Under the pieces are notes generated by a model. The model had not been told where the DNA came from and did not search any database. It saw nothing but the letters and a program-made list of their open reading frames with translations. From a virus, in the IMG/VR virus record IMGVR_UViG_3300046321_000098, positions 18,012 to 82,011 of that record: a stretch of DNA of 64,000 nucleotides; one strand, written 5' to 3'. Of the stretch, positions 38,758 through 48,245 are shown piece by piece. Numbering within the stretch: the first letter of the stretch is position 1; each line of letters opens with the position of its first letter. A program made the translations under genes and the position numbers.

Positions 38758-39024
38758 ATGTTAACAATTCACAAATATGATTTATATAGACACGTAGGAC
38801 GTGTTGCAATGCCTGTTGGTGCTACGGTTCTCTGTATTCAATATTAAGACAACAAACCTTCTCTGTGGGCTAAAGTAGACACGGATAAACCTCTAAGTCC
38901 CCGCCAGTTTGTCCGATACGGTACAGGTTGGGAAATTGAAAATGATGATTACTACGCCGATGTCTATATTTCTACAGTGCAAGACAAAGATGGACTTGTG
39001 TGGCACTGGTTTGAGGTTGTTTAA
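38758..39024 (+). pseudogene. Conserved phage protein interrupted by an in-frame TAA at 38845
   Basis: IHKY..MPVGA.VL.IQY*..LWAKVD..GTG..YISTVQ..VWHWFE reads in frame through the stop. Confidence 0.7.
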
Positions 39025-39025
39025 C

Positions 39026-39382
39026 ATGTTTAAACACTCCCTAAAAAGCAAGACTGCACCAGCATCTTACAACGAGTCCAAAGACTGTTCAGTACGTGCT
39101 GTAGCTAATGCAAGCGGTAAGTCCTACGAAGATGTGCGTATCATTATGAAGGCTCTAGGGCGCAAGGATGGGCAGTTCATGGACATGAGAATGTGTGCTG
39201 CTGGCTGCATGAAAGCTGGTGGTCAGTTGTTCATTACTGAGTCCTTGAATGATTACAGGTTGAAGCAAGGACGGTATGTTGTATTTGTACCACAGCACTG
39301 CTATGCATTAGTTGATGGGGAAATTCATGATACAATCAAACCTAATTCAAGTGATAAACTGCTTGGTGTTTTTAAGTTTTAA
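39026..39382 (+). CDS. Hypothetical protein (DCxVRA...H...DG, possible papain-like fold)
   Basis: DCSVRAVA and HCYALVDGEIHD. Confidence 0.55.
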   Translation: MFKHSLKSKTAPASYNESKDCSVRAVANASGKSYEDVRIIMKALGRKDGQFMDMRMCAAGCMKAGGQLFITESLNDYRLKQGRYVVFVPQHCYALVDGEIHDTIKPNSSDKLLGVFKF

Positions 39383-39398
39383 ATAAGGAGTTAGATTA

Positions 39399-39743
39399 AT
39401 GTCTAAAGTTAAATTAAAGTGGCATGTCCAATCTGCACCCACAGGGCGTTACCGTAGTTTTGAATCTAGGGGATTTCCTAGTGCAGACTATGCTAATCTT
39501 CCAAAAGCACTAGCTGCTGTTAGTTTGTCATGTAAAGACGAGTATATCCCCTCAGATGTCAAAATTGGTAAACACTCTGAAATTACAATTCATATCGCCT
39601 TTTGGCATGAAGACAAGAAAGGTTTTGATTGGAAGCAGTTGAAATCTAAAGCTAAAACTTTAAAAGAGGCGAAAGAGATTGCAGAAGATTTTATTAACAC
39701 ATATCCACAGGTTCAACCTAAAGAACATCATTGGAATTATTAA
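39399..39743 (+). CDS. Hypothetical protein
   Basis: AAGGAG RBS. Confidence 0.6.
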   Translation: MSKVKLKWHVQSAPTGRYRSFESRGFPSADYANLPKALAAVSLSCKDEYIPSDVKIGKHSEITIHIAFWHEDKKGFDWKQLKSKAKTLKEAKEIAEDFINTYPQVQPKEHHWNY

Positions 39744-39877
39744 AGGAGAATAATTATGGTTACAATTAGTACAGTAGAAATCTTTGCTGCACTTGGTGCT
39801 GTAGCATTAGGCGGTATAATGGGTGGATTGTGTGGGACAATGGTGTTTAAATTATTTAATAAGTAAGGGGAAACTAA

Positions 39878-40105
39878 ATGACTGAATCACAAAAGGCTTT
39901 TAAAAGATGGTTTGATGCTAACTATGCAGTGTACTATGGTCAACAAGCACCAATAGCTGTCAAGGCGGCATGGCTGGCAGCCGAAGCCTACTGGCATGGG
40001 CAAGAGCAAAAGGAACTAGAGTCCAAGGAAATAGTTAGCGCACAGTTAAGAGAAAAACAAGAGCGACTACTAGATGCTGTAGTTGATGAAGCACGTTATC
40101 AATAA
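39878..40105 (+). CDS. Hypothetical protein
   Basis: RBS. Confidence 0.55.
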   Translation: MTESQKAFKRWFDANYAVYYGQQAPIAVKAAWLAAEAYWHGQEQKELESKEIVSAQLREKQERLLDAVVDEARYQ

Positions 40106-40117
40106 GGAGTTAAGTAA

Positions 40118-40318
40118 ATGAACAAAGAATACAAACCAGTGAACATCAGCTACCGTGAGCATTTCAAACTTCATGGTTATTTGTCCCTGACAATGATTGA
40201 AGAGCTTCTTGACAAGGTTGACGAGCTTGAGGGGCGGGTTTCCACGGCAGAGCATGATGCTGAAGAATCTCACAACGAAATGGTTTACTGGAGGGAGCAA
40301 TGCGAAAATATGGATTAA
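40118..40318 (+). CDS. Hypothetical protein
   Basis: AAGGAG RBS. Confidence 0.55.
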   Translation: MNKEYKPVNISYREHFKLHGYLSLTMIEELLDKVDELEGRVSTAEHDAEESHNEMVYWREQCENMD

Positions 40319-40794
40319 CCCTTGCTGTGTTGTTAGTTCCTTTCGTTGCAATAGCACAACCCTCTGAGCTTGACTGTCTCACAACTAATGTCTTCTTTGA
40401 AGCGAGAGGTGAATCTAAGCGCGGTATGCAAGCAGTGGCTGATGTTACACTGAACAGGGTGAAGCACTCAGCTTTCAAGGCTCAAGATACAGTGTGTAAG
40501 GTAGTGTTTGCACCGTATCAATTTAGCTGGGTGAGTCAGCAACCTAAGAAGCGCATCCAGAAGCTTTTAAACAGGGATTTAAGCGATTTAAAGGACAAGG
40601 ACTTAGCTGCATATCAAAAAGCACAAGAAGTTGCTGTAAAGGTTTTAAATGAAGGGTACAAACCTTTGCTACCCTCTTGGGTGATTTCATTTCATTCTGT
40701 TGGTATTACACCACAATGGGTAAATAGTATGAGAAAATACAGTACAATAGGTGGGCATGTGTTTTACGGTTTTAAACGAAAGGGAATGAAATGA
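40300..40794 (+). CDS. SleB-like cell wall hydrolase (Hydrolase_2)
   Basis: Signal peptide; CLTTNVFFEARGES, VTLNRV, YQFSW, IGGHVFY. Confidence 0.88.
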   Translation: MRKYGLTLAVLLVPFVAIAQPSELDCLTTNVFFEARGESKRGMQAVADVTLNRVKHSAFKAQDTVCKVVFAPYQFSWVSQQPKKRIQKLLNRDLSDLKDKDLAAYQKAQEVAVKVLNEGYKPLLPSWVISFHSVGITPQWVNSMRKYSTIGGHVFYGFKRKGMK

Positions 40795-40985
40795 ATCTAC
40801 AAGAGTTTAAGGAAGAATACAGCGGAGCGCCAATTAATGTGGTTGAACTTGCTTGTTCAATAATAGACCACTTAGATTTAGATGGAGATATAACTCACGA
40901 CCTTTATCACAGTGCCTCAAGTTTTATAAGTGCATATAACACCTTCACCCGTACTTTGTTTGATGCTAATATTGAGTTAGGTTAA
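40791..40985 (+). CDS. Hypothetical protein
   Basis: ATGA coupling. Confidence 0.5.
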   Translation: MNLQEFKEEYSGAPINVVELACSIIDHLDLDGDITHDLYHSASSFISAYNTFTRTLFDANIELG

Positions 40986-40987
40986 CT

Positions 40988-41233
40988 ATGAAACTAACAA
41001 AACAACTCTTACTGTCCTGCATCCTAGGTCTAACACTAGGTGCTACATCAGGGCTTGCCAAAGCAGAACCAAACACCAAGGACTTTAACCCAGAACCGTT
41101 TAAGGTAGTCTGTGTCAAAAACTCCCTGTATCTGGTCTGGGAACATCGTGATCTGGTTGTGCAAATCAAGGGTATATTCTGCAGCAATACAGAAGACCTT
41201 GTTAAGTTACCAAAAGTTACAAATATTTTGTAG
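40988..41233 (+). CDS. Putative secreted protein
   Basis: Signal peptide ending AKA. Confidence 0.5.
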   Translation: MKLTKQLLLSCILGLTLGATSGLAKAEPNTKDFNPEPFKVVCVKNSLYLVWEHRDLVVQIKGIFCSNTEDLVKLPKVTNIL

Positions 41234-41295
41234 AGATTTCATAAATAACTCAAAATCCATGTACACTCCAAGCATCTAAACAAAAGGAGGAGTCA

Positions 41296-41589
41296 ATGTC
41301 AAACAAGATTAAAATCCAAATTCTTGAGTATGTCCTTGAGAACTTATGGGATGGAGTAGGTGATTACCGCTCAATGTATATTTGTAATCTAATTGAAAAT
41401 GCAGATATTGATACAAGGGTACAAGACAAGTTCCGAGATATTATAGCTGAAAGATTGGACTATGCATTTTGCCTGAAAGTTTGGCTGCATTCAAACGGTG
41501 TTCCATTGATGGACTTAACACCTAAAAATGTTCAAGCACATCGCAGGGCTTGGGTTAAGTTATTGATTAAAGAATTTGGAGGGAAATGA
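41296..41589 (+). CDS. Hypothetical protein, tandem paralog 1
   Basis: WDG..MYIC..R..W...EF shared with the next ORF. Confidence 0.6.
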   Translation: MSNKIKIQILEYVLENLWDGVGDYRSMYICNLIENADIDTRVQDKFRDIIAERLDYAFCLKVWLHSNGVPLMDLTPKNVQAHRRAWVKLLIKEFGGK

Positions 41590-41590
41590 A

Positions 41591-42022
41591 ATGTCAAAGT
41601 TATCAAAAGTATTTAGAGATGCTAATAAGTTAGTGTGGGATGGTGGTTGTACTTATACTGATGCACATGAGAATGGTTTTAAAATGTACATTTGTCACAG
41701 CATTGAAAAAGTAATCCAAGGGGCTTTGCAAACTAAGGCTAAAACTATTATTCTTTCTCGGTTAGGTGTTAATAACAATGGGGAGTGCCACACTGTCGTT
41801 AGTTATCTACGTGAGGTGCTAGGAATTTCTTATGAGGACACAACAGATGGTTTTAGAGTACAAAAATACCGTAAAGATTGGTTAACTGCACTAGAGCAAG
41901 AGTTCAAAGAAATTGAAAATAAGTTCCCGAAAGGAGTGCATCATATTGATGGTAATAAAAATAATTGGGATATGAGTAACCTCGTGAAGCTAAGAAAACC
42001 CAATAATTTTAGCGGATTTTAG
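41591..42022 (+). CDS. Hypothetical protein, tandem paralog 2, with C-terminal HNH remnant
   Basis: Same motif plus VHHIDGNKNNWDMSNL. Confidence 0.6.
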   Translation: MSKLSKVFRDANKLVWDGGCTYTDAHENGFKMYICHSIEKVIQGALQTKAKTIILSRLGVNNNGECHTVVSYLREVLGISYEDTTDGFRVQKYRKDWLTALEQEFKEIENKFPKGVHHIDGNKNNWDMSNLVKLRKPNNFSGF

Positions 42023-42095
42023 GAGTTATCAGGATTTTATGGTAGAATTGTAAGACTCAATCAGGAGTTAAGTTTTTAACAAAAAGGAGTGAATT

Positions 42096-42278
42096 ATGGG
42101 TAAAATTATCGCAGGGCTTTTATTATACATTACAATTATTATTGGAGGAATCTATGGGTGGATTATGAACATTGTTCAATTAGTTCAGAATGATATTGTC
42201 TGGACTTCTGGTATGTCAATTGGACGTATCATTGGTATTTTTGTTGCACCTCTTGGTGCTGTGTTGGGTTATTTCTAA
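42096..42278 (+). CDS. Small membrane protein
   Basis: GWIMNIV...RIIGIFVAPLGAVLGYF. Confidence 0.65.
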   Translation: MGKIIAGLLLYITIIIGGIYGWIMNIVQLVQNDIVWTSGMSIGRIIGIFVAPLGAVLGYF

Positions 42279-42288
42279 AGGAGACTAT

Positions 42289-42801
42289 ATGAAAAAAGTA
42301 TTTAAAGGTCTAGCTGTAGTTTTGTTTGCAATGGCTATTACAGCTTGTGGTGATAAACCAACAGTGGAGAGTGTCATGCGTGACGGCGGAGCAGTGCATA
42401 AGGAAAACTCATTTTCGTTTGTAACAGTAGAGGAGCAGCGTAACCAAGGTCGTGCTAATGCCTCTGCAAGCGCAGCGGAATATCAACGTCAAAACCCTCG
42501 TCTACAAGGATGGGACACTATCATCAAAGCGGATACAATGCACAGTAGCACCTGCCCTCAAGGTGATGGTTGGGCAGAGGTTGTATTTATGCGAACTGAA
42601 CGAGAAGAGGGTAAGACAAAGAATCTCCAGATTGAAAAGGCAACAACAATGTGCAGTACAGTCTCAACAGCACAAGGGTGTGTGATGGTTAGTCCAGTAG
42701 ATAATTGGTCAAAACATCCAGCTAAAGGCAAGGATGGCGCTTGCCAGAGTACACTTGAAGTCCCATTTCCGCTGCCAAAAGTAGCAGGAGCTAAGTCTTG
42801 A
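42289..42801 (+). CDS. Lipoprotein
   Basis: MKKVFKGLAVVLFAMAITAC lipobox. Confidence 0.7.
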   Translation: MKKVFKGLAVVLFAMAITACGDKPTVESVMRDGGAVHKENSFSFVTVEEQRNQGRANASASAAEYQRQNPRLQGWDTIIKADTMHSSTCPQGDGWAEVVFMRTEREEGKTKNLQIEKATTMCSTVSTAQGCVMVSPVDNWSKHPAKGKDGACQSTLEVPFPLPKVAGAKS

Positions 42802-42940
42802 ACACAATTGGATTATTTGCTGGACGTGGTGATGTCATCCTTTCAATGATGATTGCATTTTCAGGTGGAGCATGGGTTGGCTACAAGTTGAATGATTTTG
42901 TAGCTTGGGTGAAGTTTAAATGCAACAAAAAGGAGAAAGT

Positions 42941-43150
42941 ATGATTTTGAATAATTCAGGCGTAAGCCAATTGGTACTAGGGCTAATGGCTAAGGTGATT
43001 TCACCTTTTGCAAGTAAAGAACCAAAGACGTATAACAACCGTAATATGTTAACTAGCTCAGATGAAGTGATTACAGCGCATAATAGCTCTGTTGAGACTC
43101 GTCAAGTAAAGCGAAGTACAGAACGCTTAAACAAGAAATTGGGTAAGTAA
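42941..43150 (+). CDS. Hypothetical protein
   Basis: AAAAGGAG RBS. Confidence 0.5.
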   Translation: MILNNSGVSQLVLGLMAKVISPFASKEPKTYNNRNMLTSSDEVITAHNSSVETRQVKRSTERLNKKLGK

Positions 43151-43308
43151 TCTTTCTGAGGTGTTTTCGTAAGAGGGCATCTTGGAAAGAAAATTTGAAA
43201 ATCTTGTAGCTATTTTGTAAAGATTTCAGAAATTTTACAGGATTTTTGGTGACATTCTGAAAATTATGTGGATAATTTATAGGTATTTTGAATAATTTAG
43301 GAGATTTT

Positions 43309-43515
43309 ATGGAAAACACTGGAGACTTAGTTTATCGCCTAAGAGAACGTGCTAGAATACGTAGGCAGATACCGACAAAGAGGAGTGTATTACTTGGTGA
43401 AACTGATAGACTTGCTGACCTACTTGAAGAAGCTGCTTATGAGATCGAGAGAATACGTTTCATTGAGAAACAGGTAACTCTTATGGAACATTTAGAATTT
43501 GAAAGGAGTAATTAA
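43309..43515 (+). CDS. Conserved phage hypothetical protein
   Basis: LVYRLRERARIRRQI...DRLADLLEEAA. Confidence 0.65.
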   Translation: MENTGDLVYRLRERARIRRQIPTKRSVLLGETDRLADLLEEAAYEIERIRFIEKQVTLMEHLEFERSN

Positions 43516-43832
43516 TGGATATCTATAGTATTGGTGAAGAGAAATGCATTGACGGCGTTTGGGGGCGTGAAGTGAATGGGAGGTTTTACGATTGGGTATC
43601 TCAAAATGACGGAGAGGGTTTATACCGTAAATTAGATATTGATAGTTTGTTTTATCAGCCCTATGCTGCTTATGATGCTAAGGTTAGCCTTAACGGAGAG
43701 ACTGTGTACGTGCAAAGTAAAGAGTATTTAAAAGCATACACACCTAAACATATCAAAGACCTTGAGAACCTAAAGCGTGGCGATATTGTTTGGGTTATAA
43801 CCGGTGGTGCTTGGTCAGTAATGACATTCTGA
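43515..43832 (+). CDS. Hypothetical protein, possibly truncated
   Basis: AAGGAG RBS; coding-like frame continues past the stops to 43955. Confidence 0.5.
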   Translation: MDIYSIGEEKCIDGVWGREVNGRFYDWVSQNDGEGLYRKLDIDSLFYQPYAAYDAKVSLNGETVYVQSKEYLKAYTPKHIKDLENLKRGDIVWVITGGAWSVMTF

Positions 43833-43962
43833 GGATACGGATATAGTAAAGGTACTTTCTAATGCGTAGATAAGTTCAGTTTTTCAGGTCTTGTTCACCT
43901 AAATAATGTATTGGAAGTGAAGGAAGTGCATATTAAACGTCCCTTTAACATCTAACCTCTAA

Positions 43963-44037
43963 ACGCCTATAGCTCAATGGACAGAGCCTCAACCTTCTAA
44001 GTTGATTATCCAAGTTCGATTCTTGGTAGGTGTACCA
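43963..44037 (+). tRNA. tRNA-Arg(TCT)
   Basis: ACGCCTA/TAGGTGT-ACCA; TCAAC-CTTCTAA-GTTGA; TTCGATT. Confidence 0.9.
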
Positions 44038-44085
44038 GAATTAATAACCCAAGGAATGCTTACAAAGCTCTCCAAGAGATTTTAT

Positions 44086-44126
44086 AAACCCCCAGTAAGG
44101 CTAACCCCTTCTGGGGTTAATTTTCG
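44086..44126 (+). terminator. Terminator after the tRNA
   Basis: CCCCAG...CTGGGG then TTAATTTT. Confidence 0.55.
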
Positions 44127-44169
44127 TCTGTAAGCCTTAGCTACGCAGTAGTGGGTGTTAAGTAGGATT

Positions 44170-44320
44170 CGATTTAAAAAGTCGTATCGGAGTAAATGGT
44201 TTTGATTTGAAAAGCCGTGGGTGGTGCAATGGTTCAAAGCGAAAAAGCCGCTACGGGTCTTATGGATAGAGTTTGTTTTCTTTCAAAGATATTCAATTTG
44301 GAAAGCCGTGGAGGGGTTTA
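44170..44320. repeat. Four imperfect direct repeats with core AAAGYCG
   Basis: GATTTAAAAAGTCGT, GATTTGAAAAGCCGTGG, GAAAAAGCCGC, ATTTGGAAAGCCGTGG. Confidence 0.55.
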
Positions 44321-44451
44321 AGGCTACAGCAGTGGGTACTGCAGCAAAGGTTACAATTTGTAGCAGTTGTAAGGTTTGTAACAAATTGTTTCAAAGTGTA
44401 AGTAAGGTTACTTTAAGGCTATGTTGTGACTGGTTAGTAAGTTATAGGTGT

Positions 44452-44474
44452 AAAAAAGCCCGCTAATGCGGGCT
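44452..44474 (-). terminator. Terminator for the short leftward operon
   Basis: AAAAAA-GCCCGC-TAAT-GCGGGC. Confidence 0.7.
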
Positions 44475-44527
44475 AATTAGGCAGCTTAAAAACTCTAAGG
44501 TTTAACTAATTAAATACATTTTAAGCC

Positions 44528-44683
44528 TTAATTAATCAAAGTAGCTGAAATCGAGTGTATCCATTTGTTACCCTCTAAGAATAAAAGAGAACCGTTGGAA
44601 CTGACACGGAGGATTTTACCCGTTTTTAATTCGCCATATGAAATATATTGCACAGTATCCCCTATTTGAAATAATGCCCTCAT
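44528..44683 (-). CDS. Small hypothetical protein (51 aa, SH3/KOW-like)
   Basis: Translated by hand: MRALFQIGDTVQYISYGELKTGKI... Confidence 0.55.
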   Translation of the reverse strand: MRALFQIGDTVQYISYGELKTGKILRVSSNGSLLFLEGNKWIHSISATLIN

Positions 44684-44835
44684 TTTTCAGTTAATCCTAG
44701 ACATCTGGCTAATTGGGTTAATGTAGTATTAATCGTTTCACAATTTTTGAACTGTATTTGTACACTATCAGAGTGGACATTTGTTGTATTGACTGTTTCA
44801 GCATCTGCAAAATATTGAGTATTAGTTTGCCCCAT
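44680..44835 (-). CDS. Small hypothetical protein (51 aa)
   Basis: GGGGGA RBS; ATGA-coupled to the next ORF; upstream TTGCAT/TATAAT on the minus strand. Confidence 0.5.
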   Translation of the reverse strand: MGQTNTQYFADAETVNTTNVHSDSVQIQFKNCETINTTLTQLARCLGLTEK

Positions 44836-45099
44836 AATGATCCCCCCTATGCCTGTAATGTGCTAATCAACTACTGACTAGCTTTCAATATTACATAAGT
44901 AAGATTATACACATAAAGCAAGTAATGCAATAAAATAATTATTTGAATTGTAACAATCTGTAATGATTGTAGCATAAAACCAACACGTCAAAACGGCTTA
45001 CAATGTGTTATTTTAGAGATTTAATACTAGGGTAGCCAAACTTAGAATAATCGCTCTAAGGACTTATAAATTGAATAGCTGTAACAAAGTACTTTAATT

Positions 45100-45320
45100 T
45101 GTAACTATTTGTAATATTACTTGACACCTTAGAATTTATGTGCTAGTCGGTTACTTATTGTTACAACTTATTTATTGACAAACTGCAGATAATGTACTAA
45201 TAAAATATATTACAAACAGTTACACCTGAAACCATTGACAACCCTTTGATTTTATGCTAGCAAGTCTATTACATTTAGTAACAATATTAATTTGACAGTA
45301 TTAAAATTTTGTGCTGCAGC
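45100..45320 (+). repeat. Tandem array of four promoter-like units (period 54-60 nt)
   Basis: TTGACA at 45121, 45175, 45235, 45292, each preceded by paired TTAC/GTAA boxes. Confidence 0.75.
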
Positions 45321-45614
45321 TCTGATATATGTTCTAATTGCCTAGCATAAAATACAATTTTAGGTGTAACAAGGTGTAATAATTCGTTGTTTATTAGAGA
45401 CAAAACGCACAGAATCGCTCAGATAAATTTTTTGATACTAGGACAGCTTGAACGTCAAATAATCTGTTTAAATCGCCCTATTCCATAATCTGTAACATTA
45501 GACAGCTAATTTGTAACAATTCAATGTATTACCTTGATTAATGAAATATTAACGTATTTAAGAACATAATTTGGTTGTGCCTGATTTTAAGCACTAACTT
45601 ATAAAGGTTTAAAA

Positions 45615-45791
45615 ATGTTTACTTATATTGCATTGTATCGTGGCAAACAAATTGAGCACACGGCAGCAACGTCTTACGCTGCACAATTAGTCGCGGTTAA
45701 ACAATTTAAAGCGAAAAAATCTTATGAAGTAGATGTTTATTTAGTAGCAAAGCCAAACAGTGAAACTGTAACGCAAGTTATTACTAATTAA
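45615..45791 (+). CDS. Small conserved phage protein (58 aa)
   Basis: Translated by hand: YIALYRGKQIE..A.TSYAAQ...FKAKKSYEV. Confidence 0.6.
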   Translation: MFTYIALYRGKQIEHTAATSYAAQLVAVKQFKAKKSYEVDVYLVAKPNSETVTQVITN

Positions 45792-45869
45792 TTGTAAAAC
45801 ATTGTAACGGTCAACAAAAATAGCCAATTTACAGATACAATCTAAACATCAACAAAACGGGAAACTAAT

Positions 45870-46037
45870 ATGCACAATCGTTCAGAGTTTACAGCAAGTC
45901 AACAATTGCAAGCTACAATCAAGCATCATAATTTCAAGGTGTCAAAAAATGAAACTAAGCCGTCAATTGTAGCATGGTTCATTTTGATTTTTGGCGCGGT
46001 TGGGTATTTATTGTCACTTGCTTATTTTGCTAACTAA
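45870..46037 (+). CDS. Small protein with C-terminal TM segment
   Basis: Translated by hand; promoter-like TACAAT and CTAAACA leader. Confidence 0.5.
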   Translation: MHNRSEFTASQQLQATIKHHNFKVSKNETKPSIVAWFILIFGAVGYLLSLAYFAN

Positions 46038-46261
46038 TGCTTGAATTTATGCTCTATTACATAATCTTTAAAGACCAATTAAACAATATACGCTATATGA
46101 CATCGTCTAATACACACACGGATTTCAACGGAATACAGTACAGAGCTATTGAATTAACAGAGGCAAAAGCTCTAAATTTTATTAAACATAAAAAGAAACT
46201 AGGTTATAAGCAAAAATTTGAGATGTTAGAGGTTAAAAATTTACAAACTATTACAGCTTAA
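46037..46261 (+). CDS. Hypothetical protein
   Basis: TAATG coupling. Confidence 0.45.
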   Translation: MLEFMLYYIIFKDQLNNIRYMTSSNTHTDFNGIQYRAIELTEAKALNFIKHKKKLGYKQKFEMLEVKNLQTITA

Positions 46262-46309
46262 ACTGTAAAATTCAAGTTATAATTAAAGTTCACTAACTAA
46301 AGGTTTACC

Positions 46310-46603
46310 GTGAAAAATACGATAATGGTAGAGGGTAGAGGGCGTTTAGTCTGTAGAATTTATGATATAGGTGATACTGCAGTTGATAGGTATACAATAG
46401 CATTTAAGGGTTATCGTTCAAATGATGGGCGCAGTATGATTTACCCTTATTTAGCCTCTAGTGAGTACCCTTTTCACCCTCAAGGATTCGGGCAACACGG
46501 TGAGTTGGTTAATATAGAGTGCAAAGGTAAACACTTAGGAAAGCGTATAGAATTTGAGGCATTACCTGATGCTGTGAAAAAGTTTATTTTGCAAAGTATT
46601 TAA
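46310..46603 (+). CDS. Conserved phage hypothetical protein
   Basis: IYD...DRYT...PFHPQGFGQHGE...HLGKRI.F..LP. Confidence 0.65.
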   Translation: MKNTIMVEGRGRLVCRIYDIGDTAVDRYTIAFKGYRSNDGRSMIYPYLASSEYPFHPQGFGQHGELVNIECKGKHLGKRIEFEALPDAVKKFILQSI

Positions 46604-46612
46604 AGGTATACA

Positions 46613-46828
46613 ATGGAAACAATAGCGCTATCAGTTTATCAGTCTACAATCGCACCTGCTCCAAAATGGGAATATTACTCTACAGAGGAAATTAAACAAC
46701 ATAAAGAAAATGGATTTATATACGCAGTAATTGAAACGTCGTATGATCAATTTATGAAGGCGCATTGTGTAGTATTGGAAAAGTACAACGAAGCTATCGA
46801 CGAGCATTTGAGTGAAGATTCAATTTAA
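46613..46828 (+). CDS. Hypothetical protein
   Basis: AAGGT RBS. Confidence 0.5.
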   Translation: METIALSVYQSTIAPAPKWEYYSTEEIKQHKENGFIYAVIETSYDQFMKAHCVVLEKYNEAIDEHLSEDSI

Positions 46829-46843
46829 CATTAGGGTGATACT

Positions 46844-47221
46844 ATGACTAAGAAAATAAAGTTTCCACGGTTTAACAGTTACGCATTAGAAGGTGACTCT
46901 ATAACATGGGAAAGCGAAGGTTTTACATTAACAGCAACGCTTAAATATGATGGCGATACAAAACCAACTGATTATGAATGCTATAGCCCTATAAAAATCA
47001 AACAATGGAAAAATGACGAATGGTTTTACGTGGGTGTGATTGTGTCAGTTAGTAAAAATGGGATAATACTAGATGACCATGCAGCTAGCCTATGGGGTGT
47101 TGATTGTAATTACAATAAAACATCTAATAAGTATTTGTCTACTGTAGCCAAAGACATGGAGCGCGAGGCTATAGAATGCGGTAAAATTGAATTAAAGCGA
47201 ATGATTGAGAAATTACAGTAA
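46844..47221 (+). CDS. Conserved phage hypothetical protein
   Basis: W.NDEWFYVGV.V...ASLWG. Confidence 0.6.
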   Translation: MTKKIKFPRFNSYALEGDSITWESEGFTLTATLKYDGDTKPTDYECYSPIKIKQWKNDEWFYVGVIVSVSKNGIILDDHAASLWGVDCNYNKTSNKYLSTVAKDMEREAIECGKIELKRMIEKLQ

Positions 47222-47240
47222 ACACAATAAAGGGTATATT

Positions 47241-47636
47241 ATGCGAATTATTGAAACTAAGGTTTATTTGTACAACGAGTTGTCAGACGCTGCAAAGCAA
47301 AAGGCGCGTGACTGGTACACAAACGGGCTTGAGTTTATACCGGATGGCGTGATTGGTGACGCAAAGCAAATGGCGGTTATTTTAGGCGTAACGGATTGTA
47401 AGGTATTCTATAGTGGTTTCTGGTCACAAGGTGATGGCGCTTGTATCAACGGTGACTACAGCTATAGTAGAGGCGCGTTAAAGCGTATCAAAGAGTATGC
47501 ACCACTTGATGCGGTATTGCATGGTGTAGCAAAGCGGTTGCAAGATGCACAGCGCAAAGCGTTCTATAAATTAGAGTGCAAAATTAAACACTCGGGCAAT
47601 GAATATGAATTTACAGAAGAGGGTAACCGCTTATGA
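47241..47636 (+). CDS. Conserved phage/MGE protein, apparently internally shortened
   Basis: ELSDAAKQKARDW, YSGFWSQGDGA, terminal NEYEFTEEG. Confidence 0.6.
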   Translation: MRIIETKVYLYNELSDAAKQKARDWYTNGLEFIPDGVIGDAKQMAVILGVTDCKVFYSGFWSQGDGACINGDYSYSRGALKRIKEYAPLDAVLHGVAKRLQDAQRKAFYKLECKIKHSGNEYEFTEEGNRL

Positions 47637-47750
47637 TTTTATTTCAGATAGCGGGGATTTGTGCCTTGATTGTCTACGGCTTATTTGTGCTTTTATTTGT
47701 GTTTGTTACGGGTTATTGGTTTGTTTGTTCTATTAATAAAAGGGGATAAG

Positions 47751-48014
47751 ATGAGAGTCCTAGTAGATGATTTTTACAACAAAGTTGCAACTGAATTAAA
47801 ACGGGTTTACTTTCCAAGTGACTTACACGGAATAAATGCTAAATACTTGGGTATGCGGTACAGTGTAGAATTATTTTCCAATGGTTGCATTAAATACGAT
47901 GCTCTACTAAATAAACTATCTAAGCAATGCAATACAGATAAGACAACTATTCACGGTACAGTGTCAAAATATATCAACGCAGATTTTACCTTCACAATTA
48001 AAGGGACAAAATGA
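47751..48014 (+). CDS. Hypothetical protein
   Basis: AAGGGG RBS. Confidence 0.5.
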   Translation: MRVLVDDFYNKVATELKRVYFPSDLHGINAKYLGMRYSVELFSNGCIKYDALLNKLSKQCNTDKTTIHGTVSKYINADFTFTIKGTK

Positions 48015-48245
48015 AAATCGAAACTACGGAATTTTACAAAATGGCACGGAATACAGCACCTAAGCGCGAGCATGTATCAAAGCGTCAAGCTTGGGAAAAT
48101 AAAGCGTATAGTGGTAAGGTTCAAAGGGATAAAGTGAAGGTTAGAGATACTTACAAACTGTTTCAATTGTGATTGGTTTATTAATGAAAAGGGTTGTATA
48201 ATTCATTCAGGCATTAATTTTGATGCTGTAACTAGGAAAACAAAA

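Noticed and set aside
38845-43955. Genome-wide stop-codon reassignment
   Set aside because: TAA, TGA and TAG all end well-supported genes, and long core genes are uninterrupted in code 11.
44221-44466. 81-aa plus-strand ORF
   Set aside because: Runs through repeats and regulatory motifs, with no convincing RBS or protein-like features.
45100-45320. CRISPR or TIGR-like guide array
   Set aside because: Units share only short promoter-like boxes, with no long identical repeat and no cas or Nop-domain gene nearby.
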